From Nanohaloarchaea archaeon B1-Br10_U2g21 (lineage in GTDB: Archaea > Nanohalarchaeota > Nanosalinia > Nanosalinales > Nanosalinaceae), in assembly GCA_001563915.1 (NCBI GenBank), contig LKMP01000010.1, positions 1-35,729 on the forward strand: DNA of 35,729 nt, written 5' to 3'. Position numbers and translations under genes: made by a program. The notes under the pieces are model-generated. The model did no database searches and was not told where the DNA came from. It was given only the letters and a program-made list of their open reading frames with translations. Position 1 is the first letter of the stretch. Each line of letters begins with the position of its first letter. This document shows positions 27,156 through 34,401 of the stretch, piece by piece.

Positions 27156-27902
27156 TTACTTAGATTGTTTTTTAGGATGTCTTGGATCTATTTTTGCCTC
27201 TAATTTTTCTGCGTTGTCGCCGTAAATAGTGAGTCGGTACATGTCTCTACAGTTTTCTCTTTTGTCAGGTTCACGAGACAAGGTATTTTGAATATCTAAT
27301 TCATCTAGTATTTTGCTGGTTTGTGACATCATATTCTTGCTGATAGTTCCGATCTTATAGCCTCTAAATTGTTTAATCTTATGGCCGTCTGTATCAACTA
27401 AACCACGAACAAATCCGATCTTAAACGCTCTGCTAAGATTGTTTAAATTTCTCAACATTATCGTCTCTGTTTTATCTTCACCCCATTCTAAGTATTTCTT
27501 GAAAAATTCGTATAACGTCTTAGATTCGTAACGTAGTCGAACTCTACTATGATTTGGCTCTCTTTTCACATGAGGTCGCTTATCCAAGTTTTCTTCTAAA
27601 AAACTCTCTAAATTTTGCCAGTAGTCTTCGTTGATATTAAGCGTGAACGTAATACGGTACTTGTAATTTTTCTCTTCAAAAAAGTAATTCCCGTCTCCGG
27701 CGAATATTCCGCATAGTTCTCCATGGAATTCAGGGTCATCAGGTATTTCTAGCTGATTTCTTTTCTGTTTTTGTCCGACTTCTTTTTTGAAGTGGTAGTA
27801 GACTGTTGATTTGGGCAGGTTTAGCTTTTCTTTAATTTGGTTGATTGAGAGGCCTTTGCGTGCTAGTTTTCTTATTTCTGTTTTTTCTTTAGTTGTTGCC
27901 AT
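27156..27902 (-). CDS. Free-standing two-motif LAGLIDADG endonuclease-like protein with N-terminal HTH
   Basis: HTH GLSINQIKEKLNLPKSTVYYH. Motifs ELCGIFAGDG and GFVRGLVDTDG. No intein splice termini or host gene. Confidence 0.88.
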   Translation of the reverse strand: MATTKEKTEIRKLARKGLSINQIKEKLNLPKSTVYYHFKKEVGQKQKRNQLEIPDDPEFHGELCGIFAGDGNYFFEEKNYKYRITFTLNINEDYWQNLESFLEENLDKRPHVKREPNHSRVRLRYESKTLYEFFKKYLEWGEDKTETIMLRNLNNLSRAFKIGFVRGLVDTDGHKIKQFRGYKIGTISKNMMSQTSKILDELDIQNTLSREPDKRENCRDMYRLTIYGDNAEKLEAKIDPRHPKKQSK

Positions 27903-28139
27903 TGCGTAAGTCTGATTTTATTTTTTTCTAGGTGTTTGGGGGAAACAGATTTGGATAAATTTTTGTTAGTTGCTGTCATAGAACTATGATGGGATGTTAT
28001 ATGGTTTTTTAGATGTGCTAAAGCATATATGCAGTTGTTCAATAGCTCAATCAAACTTTTCTTAGAAAAACTTTGGATCTAGGGCAATAAACTAAAAATG
28101 CTATCAGAACAAAAAACTTTTTAGAAGAGGGTTAATAGA

Positions 28140-28370
28140 ATGTCTGGTTCTCATCCGTCGAAGCACAAGCTGGAAGATGCCGAAGTCTACATACATATCA
28201 AAGATGGTGAAACAGCGAACGTTACGCATATTGATGTTGAACATCCTGATCTCAATGAAGTAATACGGCCTGATGAGAACAGTTACACTGGAGGTAAAGA
28301 AGGAGGATTGTTCATAGGTCTGAAGAAAGATATGATTGAGAGAGCGGAAAAGTTTGTGGAGAAAGAATAA
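28140..28370 (+). CDS. Small His-rich hypothetical protein
   Basis: 76 aa with typical codon usage, first gene of the cmk-archease-rtcB run. Confidence 0.7.
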   Translation: MSGSHPSKHKLEDAEVYIHIKDGETANVTHIDVEHPDLNEVIRPDENSYTGGKEGGLFIGLKKDMIERAEKFVEKE

Positions 28371-28394
28371 AATTGCTGAGGGATTTTATTTTTC

Positions 28395-28979
28395 ATGAAG
28401 AGCTACATAGAAGAGTTTCAGGCAGACAGGGAGAAAAACTCTGATACTGTAATTACTATAGATGGATACGCAGGGGCCGGTAAAGGAACTTTAGCGACTC
28501 AGGTATCTGAGATACTTGGTCTGAAACATTTTTCGGCTAGCGATGTATTCTATCAGGTGGCTGAAGAAAGAGGTCTTAGTGATTATGAATTATCGGAAAA
28601 GGCGGAGAAAGAGGTGGATCTTGCAATTGACAGAAAGACTTTGGAAAGAGGTCTTAATCAGTCCTGTGTTATTGAGTCTCGTATATCTTCGTGGGTTTTA
28701 GGAAGCTACTCAGACTTCCGGATCAGACTGGATGCAGAAATAGATGAACGAGCTCGTAGACTGGCTGAAAGAGAAGAATTAGGGGTGGATTCTGCTCGGG
28801 AAATTGTTGTGAAGAGAGATAAAGAGGATGCTAAACGCTACAAAGAATATTATGGAATTGATCTAGATGATTACAGCATCTATGATCTTATAATTGATAA
28901 TACCGAAATAGGTGTCAAGGAGCAAAAAAAGCTTGTGGAAAAAGCGTTGAAGCAAAGATTTGCAGTGAAGAACAAATGA
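28395..28979 (+). CDS. cmk: Cytidylate kinase, archaeal type
   Basis: P-loop GYAGAGKGT, VDLAID, IESRISSW and RYKEYYGIDLDDYSIYDLIIDNT. Confidence 0.9.
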   Translation: MKSYIEEFQADREKNSDTVITIDGYAGAGKGTLATQVSEILGLKHFSASDVFYQVAEERGLSDYELSEKAEKEVDLAIDRKTLERGLNQSCVIESRISSWVLGSYSDFRIRLDAEIDERARRLAEREELGVDSAREIVVKRDKEDAKRYKEYYGIDLDDYSIYDLIIDNTEIGVKEQKKLVEKALKQRFAVKNK

Positions 28980-29383
28980 GCTATGAAATACTAGAACACT
29001 CGGCGGATGAAAAATTTAGGGCTGAAGGCGAGTCTATGGAAGAGGCGTTTTCGGAGGCGGTGAAGGCTTTTGCAGAGATAGTGGGGGCGAGTAATGGTCG
29101 TTATACTCATAATGTCAAGGTGGAGTCTGAGAGTCATGAAGCTTTATTGTATGATTTTTTGGATCAGTTAGTTTTTCTTCAGGATACGAGGAGTGTGGCT
29201 GTGACAGGACCTCAAAATGTAAAGATTTCTGAAACAGCTGGAGGCTATTTATTGAGAGCAGAGGTTAAGGTTGAGAAGATAACGCCGGGGTCAAATTTTT
29301 TGGACATAAAAGCTCCGACGTACAACGAAATGAAGGTAGAATACAATGAATCTTGGGTTTTAGAGGCAGTTCTCGACGTATAA
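28976..29383 (+). CDS. Archease
   Basis: YEILEHSAD, IKAPTY and VLDV terminus. Adjacent to rtcB, with ATGA overlap on cmk. Confidence 0.93.
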   Translation: MSYEILEHSADEKFRAEGESMEEAFSEAVKAFAEIVGASNGRYTHNVKVESESHEALLYDFLDQLVFLQDTRSVAVTGPQNVKISETAGGYLLRAEVKVEKITPGSNFLDIKAPTYNEMKVEYNESWVLEAVLDV

Positions 29384-29438
29384 TCTGTGCAAAAAACTTA
29401 GGCTCACACTCAAAAAACTCAGCCCGAGAACACTTACT

Positions 29439-30854
29439 ATGGAAATAGAGAAAATCAGGCAAAATGTCTATGAGATAGATGGGCCTGAAATGAATGTTCC
29501 GGCCCGAATTTATGCCTCAGAAAAGCTATTAGAGCAGATTAAACAGGATTCGACGCTGGATCAGGCCTGTAACATGGCCGCGTTGCCAGGAGTTCAGAAA
29601 CATGTATGTGTAATGCCTGATGGTCATCAGGGCTATGGTTTCCCTATTGGAGGAGTTGCTGCGTTTGACGCAAAAAACGGTCTTATTAGCCCTGGAGGAA
29701 TAGGGTTTGACATCAATTGTGGGATAAGAGTCCTAAAAACTGGACTTACAGCAGAAGACCTCGAAAATAGAGAGGAACAGCTTGCAAATATTCTATATAG
29801 TAAGGTGCCTGTAGGTCTAGGTAAAGGCGGTTACATAGATATCAGCGAGGAGGAACTTGATCAAGTGCTGGAAAAAGGCCTAGAATGGATGTGTGAAAAC
29901 GGCCATGCTACTGAAAAAGATCTTGAAAGATGCGAAGAAAACGGACGCTTACCCGGAAAACCTGAAAAAGTCCCTGAAGAAGCTAAAAAAAGAGGGCTCA
30001 ATCAATTAGGTAGTCTAGGCAGCGGAAACCACTTCTTAGAAGTTCAAATAGTCGAAGAAGTCTTTGATGATGAAAAAGCTGAAGCATATGGTTTAGAAAA
30101 GGATCAAGTCCTTGTAATGATTCATTCAGGTAGCCGAGGATTAGGACACCAGACCTGTTCAAACTTTGTAAGACGATTTGAAAAATCTTATCCAGACATA
30201 GCAGAAAAAATAACAGAGAAAAATTTGATTTATGCACCTATTAAGTCTGAAGAAGCCCAAGACTACTTATCAGCTATGTATGCGGCAGCCAACTTCGCAT
30301 GGGCCAACAGACAGGCAATGACTCAGGCAGTAAGAGAATGCATTAAAACAATATTCAATGAAGAAGATGTAGAAATGCTCTACGACGTCTGCCATAATAT
30401 AGCGAAGGAAGAAACACACAATGTAAACGGAGAAGACCGAGATGTAATAGTGCATCGTAAAGGCGCAACAAGAGCATTCCCCTCTGGCCATGAAGAAATC
30501 CCTGAAATCTACAAAGAAGCAGGCCAACCAGTACTACTCCCTGGAACAATGGGGACCTCAAGCTATATTCTAGCAGGAGGAGAGGCCTCAATGGAGCTCA
30601 GTTTTGGCAGTACTGCGCATGGGGCAGGCCGTATAAAGTCTCGTGCTCAGTCCAAACAAGACTACTGGGGCGAAGACATCCAGAAAGACCTGAAAAGACA
30701 AGGCATACACGTTAAAGCCGTTTCAGGATCCACAATGGCAGAAGAAGCACCAGGAAGTTACAAAGATGTCGATGAAGTAATTAAAGTATCAGACGACCTA
30801 GGCATAGGTACTAAAGTAGTAAAAATGAGGCCTGTGGTAAATATCAAGGGTTGA
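29439..30854 (+). CDS. rtcB: RNA ligase RtcB
   Basis: MPDGHQGYGFPIGG, DINCG, GSLGSGNHF, HSGSRG, HNIAK, HRKGAT, HGAGR and EEAPGSYK. No intein. Confidence 0.97.
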   Translation: MEIEKIRQNVYEIDGPEMNVPARIYASEKLLEQIKQDSTLDQACNMAALPGVQKHVCVMPDGHQGYGFPIGGVAAFDAKNGLISPGGIGFDINCGIRVLKTGLTAEDLENREEQLANILYSKVPVGLGKGGYIDISEEELDQVLEKGLEWMCENGHATEKDLERCEENGRLPGKPEKVPEEAKKRGLNQLGSLGSGNHFLEVQIVEEVFDDEKAEAYGLEKDQVLVMIHSGSRGLGHQTCSNFVRRFEKSYPDIAEKITEKNLIYAPIKSEEAQDYLSAMYAAANFAWANRQAMTQAVRECIKTIFNEEDVEMLYDVCHNIAKEETHNVNGEDRDVIVHRKGATRAFPSGHEEIPEIYKEAGQPVLLPGTMGTSSYILAGGEASMELSFGSTAHGAGRIKSRAQSKQDYWGEDIQKDLKRQGIHVKAVSGSTMAEEAPGSYKDVDEVIKVSDDLGIGTKVVKMRPVVNIKG

Positions 30855-30890
30855 TAGATAGTTTGAGACTGTATCATCATTTAACTTCAT

Positions 30891-31208
30891 ATGAAAATTG
30901 CTTCACGCAGAGATATTAGAGACTTCGTAGAGGAAGTGAAAGAGATATTGGGAGAAGATTTCGAAGAAGCAATACTTTACGGAAGTTATGCTAGGAATGA
31001 GCACGATACTGGCAGCGATATTGACATAGCCTTCAAAGTGTCTGGTGAAGTTGATCAAGATGAAGTTTTTCGCATAGTTGATCAATTTAACAGAGAAAGA
31101 GGCTTGATGTTCTCGCCTCGGTTCTTCGACAGCAAAGAGTTCGAATACAGACTGAAAAATGGGTACAGCTTCTACCGTAACATTGAAACAGAAGGTGTAG
31201 AGATATGA
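30891..31208 (+). CDS. MNT (minimal nucleotidyltransferase), putative antitoxin
   Basis: ILYGSYAR...SDIDI and C-terminal FYRNIETEGVEI. Confidence 0.9.
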   Translation: MKIASRRDIRDFVEEVKEILGEDFEEAILYGSYARNEHDTGSDIDIAFKVSGEVDQDEVFRIVDQFNRERGLMFSPRFFDSKEFEYRLKNGYSFYRNIETEGVEI

Positions 31209-31557
31209 AAGAACAAGAAAGGCTGCTGAAGACGATATTGATGCCGCAAAATATTTGTTAAAAGGAAGCAAGTACGACCAAACCATCTCACGAAGTTATT
31301 ATGCCATATTTAATGCTGCAAAAGCTCTGCTCATGGAAAAGAATTCGGAGCCTAAAACGCATCAAGGAGTATCAACCGAACTCGGAAGACTTTTTCGCAA
31401 AAAACTTGACTCTGAAACCACTAGAAACTACTCAAAAATTCAAACTTGGAGAGAAGAAGTCGACTACGGAACAGCAAAAAAGTTTGGCAAAGAAAAAGCA
31501 GAGGAATCAGTTGAGTTCGCAGAAGAATTTCTTGCTGCCGTGAAAAAAATTACCTAA
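31205..31557 (+). pseudogene. HEPN-domain protein with a -1 frameshift near the start
   Basis: ATG 31205 overlaps the MNT stop (ATGA) but that frame ends at about 31261. The HEPN frame (KAAEDDIDAAKYLL...SRSYYAIFNAAKALL...PKTHQG...REEVDY) opens after TAG 31198-31200 and has no start codon until TTG 31255. Confidence 0.75.
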
Positions 31558-31634
31558 TAGGAGTTTGGCATCTGGATCTGCAACTTGTTGAGTATGTAAT
31601 TAGCTTAAATTCAAGCTCTTCGAAAAATAAAGTT

Positions 31635-32432
31635 ATGAAGGCTCAGTCTGCGATAGAATACCTCGTTACCTATGGCTGGATGATAGTAGTCGTTGGCATA
31701 GCAGGAGGAGCAGTAACACAAGTAATCGCACCTGAATGCCCACTAGAAGTAAGAGGTATAGAAGTCGGAGAACTACAAGTCGAAGACACAGGCCTAACAA
31801 CAGACAGCCGAATGGCATTCGTAATGCAAAGCGACACAAGCGAACAAATAACCGTAACACAGGTAAACATAAACAACATGGATACAGGGGCCGACAATAT
31901 TTCTCGGCAAGTAGGCCTACAACTAGATCCTGGCGAAAACGAACCCCTAGACGTGGCAGAGATCCAGCCGGAAGAGGGAGAATGTACTAGAGCGGATGTA
32001 CAGATTATGTATGATTACGGGCCTTTAGCAGGGCAGACAGTTTCAGGACAACTAACAGCTCCAACAGCATTCATAGAAGCAATAGAAGAAAATCTTAAGA
32101 CACGAGGAGGACAAATAGTCAGCCTGGACATAGGAGCCTCTATCACTCCGGAAAGCGAAGACATATGCATTGGATCAAACTGTCCTGGAGAACTCGACGA
32201 CGAATTACAGACCGAACACGAAAGATACGTTAACCGTTCAGGAGACACAATGCGAGGACCCTTAGAAGTAGGCGACCTCAATGCACAATGTATCGGAGAC
32301 TCGTGCACTGAACATGGAGAACAAGAACTCGAAGGATTCGTAACAACAGAAAACAATACAATGGACGGAACACTCGAACTAGAAACAATAAGGCCTGCAG
32401 AGGACATTCTATGCACTGGAAGCAACTGCTAA
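31635..32432 (+). CDS. Class III signal peptide (pilin-like) protein with Cys-pair / tail-fibre-like C-terminal repeats
   Basis: MKA/QSAIEYLVTYGW. Three CxGxxC motifs (CIGSNC, CIGDSC, CTGSNC) alternate with YVNRSGDTMRGPL and FVTTENNTMDGTL. Confidence 0.82.
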   Translation: MKAQSAIEYLVTYGWMIVVVGIAGGAVTQVIAPECPLEVRGIEVGELQVEDTGLTTDSRMAFVMQSDTSEQITVTQVNINNMDTGADNISRQVGLQLDPGENEPLDVAEIQPEEGECTRADVQIMYDYGPLAGQTVSGQLTAPTAFIEAIEENLKTRGGQIVSLDIGASITPESEDICIGSNCPGELDDELQTEHERYVNRSGDTMRGPLEVGDLNAQCIGDSCTEHGEQELEGFVTTENNTMDGTLELETIRPAEDILCTGSNC

Positions 32433-32469
32433 AAATCTTAATAAGCAAGCCTAACGAAAAACTAAAACA

Positions 32470-34401
32470 ATGAACTATGCTGCTGCAGCAATAATTTCCA
32501 TACTTCTCATATCTTCAGCAGCAGCAGAAGTAGAATTCAGAGACGACGAAGACGTACAATATCATACAGGCCTCGACATGAACCAGAACCCATTAATAGG
32601 CCTGTCCGATCCAGAAGAGGACTCTGAACCAGTACCATACGGATTTCTAAGCCAAGGATACGTCCGAAGTGATGGAGACTCAATGACGGACGACCTAGAA
32701 ATGCAAGGCAACATAATAGACATGGAACAAGGAAACATAGAAGACGTATCACAAATAGAAACAACAGACATATCAGGCCTACAATTCCTAGTACCAGATG
32801 AAGAACTCCAAATAACAGAAGATGTTGACATAAGCGGAGGGGTTCAAATAGAAGACTCATTGACTGCTGAAGGATCTCTAACTTCTCACGCAAGATTTAT
32901 TGAAGTAAGTGAAACGTCAGATGATCCTACAGGTTTCAGAATAGAACAAGATAATGAAGATGATCCTGATCGCGAAACATTGAACTGGCAAATTGGAACT
33001 AGAAATAGCAGGACTGATGCTTTATTTTTTGCGCCAGAATATACTACAAGCAGATCAGGGTTTAGAGATGCCTCAATACTTGAATTGAGGGAGGATTTTG
33101 CCAGAGTTAGGGATGATCTAAATGTCGATAATGATGTTGATGTAGGAGGCAGTATTGACGTAGGAGGCAATGCTGTTTACGCACGTAATATTAGGGGAGG
33201 ATCAGGAGCTAGTATGTATTTCGAAGATTCTTCAGGTAATGATGTTCTAAGGATGAGGAATGGAGACGGGAGATTCTATAATGATATCATAGTTGGTGAT
33301 GCTTCAGAATCTCCCGATGCATCTTTAGATGTGAGAGGAGACTCGATATTTGAAGAGGATATAAACTTGGATGGTAATAGCCTTCAAAACGTTGAGGAAA
33401 TAAGCGGAGACGCCGGTGAGCCAGTCACAGTAGATGGGGATTTAGAGGTGGATGGCAGAATAAATGACGGGTTTTATCAAAGTCCTGATTGTGTGGGTCA
33501 TGAGTATCAAAAAGGGGAGGGTTCAAGTAGTGAGCCATATATAGTGTTAAATGCTCACGATTTACAGTGTATTGAAAACGATTTAGATGCATATTACGAA
33601 CTGGGAAGAGATATTGATGCTGCAGGAACTCGTTATTGGAGCGATGGAGAGGGTTTTGAACCGATTAATGGTTTTGGAGGATCTTTTGAAGGCAATCATC
33701 ATACTATTTCGGACATCTATATAGATTTAGGGAGTTCAAGCGGCGCCGGATTATTTGAAGGGGCGTCATCGGGGGCAGAGTTCCAGAACATTAGGCTTGA
33801 TAATTTTGAAGTATATGGGGATGAATATGTGGGAGCATTAGCAGGAGATTTTTCGAGTTCTACTGAGATAACTAATATTTCTGTAACAGATGTGAAAATC
33901 AAGGCTACAGGAGTTAGAGTTGGAGGTTTGGCGGGAAGGCCAGGAAGGAGTAATATAAATAATTCTAGAGTTATTGGAGGGGAAGTTACATCCACTAGCG
34001 GTAATGTAGGAGGTTTAGCCGGCAGAACATCGTGGGATGCAGGCATTTATGATTCTTATACTGTTGGAGTTACAGTAGAAGGTTCAAGTTCTGTAGGGGG
34101 TGTTATAGGACATACTTCTGGCAATGATGGTGTTATAGAAAGAATTTTTTCAGCTTCAGAAATTTTTGGAGAGGGTAATGGGGCGATAGGTAATATAGCG
34201 AGTGATGACGATATAGATGCTGTTTATTTCGATGAAGATGCAGCAGGTACTAGCAGTAGTTCGGATGAGGGAGAAGCTTTATCAACTGAACAACTTACCA
34301 ATCATGATGCAGGTGACAGCTTGGAAGAATTTGATTTTGAAGAGGTATGGAAGACTCAGACGTATGATTATCCTGGATTGAGGTGGGAATATAATGAATA
34401 A
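32470..34401 (+). CDS. Secreted acidic surface protein with fibre-like N-terminal region and GLUG-motif domain
   Basis: Sec-type signal (AAAE), YVRSDGDSMTDDL, GEGSSSEPY, GFEPI, repeated VGALAG/VGGLAG/VGGVIG and terminal FDFEEVW...YPGL. Confidence 0.85.
   Translation: MNYAAAAIISILLISSAAAEVEFRDDEDVQYHTGLDMNQNPLIGLSDPEEDSEPVPYGFLSQGYVRSDGDSMTDDLEMQGNIIDMEQGNIEDVSQIETTDISGLQFLVPDEELQITEDVDISGGVQIEDSLTAEGSLTSHARFIEVSETSDDPTGFRIEQDNEDDPDRETLNWQIGTRNSRTDALFFAPEYTTSRSGFRDASILELREDFARVRDDLNVDNDVDVGGSIDVGGNAVYARNIRGGSGASMYFEDSSGNDVLRMRNGDGRFYNDIIVGDASESPDASLDVRGDSIFEEDINLDGNSLQNVEEISGDAGEPVTVDGDLEVDGRINDGFYQSPDCVGHEYQKGEGSSSEPYIVLNAHDLQCIENDLDAYYELGRDIDAAGTRYWSDGEGFEPINGFGGSFEGNHHTISDIYIDLGSSSGAGLFEGASSGAEFQNIRLDNFEVYGDEYVGALAGDFSSSTEITNISVTDVKIKATGVRVGGLAGRPGRSNINNSRVIGGEVTSTSGNVGGLAGRTSWDAGIYDSYTVGVTVEGSSSVGGVIGHTSGNDGVIERIFSASEIFGEGNGAIGNIASDDDIDAVYFDEDAAGTSSSSDEGEALSTEQLTNHDAGDSLEEFDFEEVWKTQTYDYPGLRWEYNE

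Noticed and set aside
27156-27902. LAGLIDADG as an intein or intron ORF
   Set aside because: No splice-terminal residues or interrupted host gene. Both tRNAs, radA and rtcB are uninterrupted.
27872-28054. 60-aa minus-strand ORF upstream of the LAGLIDADG gene
   Set aside because: Atypical composition and overlap with the gene start suggest promoter DNA.
27044-31557. Integrated element or provirus at tRNA-Asp
   Set aside because: No integrase, no duplicated tRNA 3' end found by eye, and downstream genes are housekeeping.
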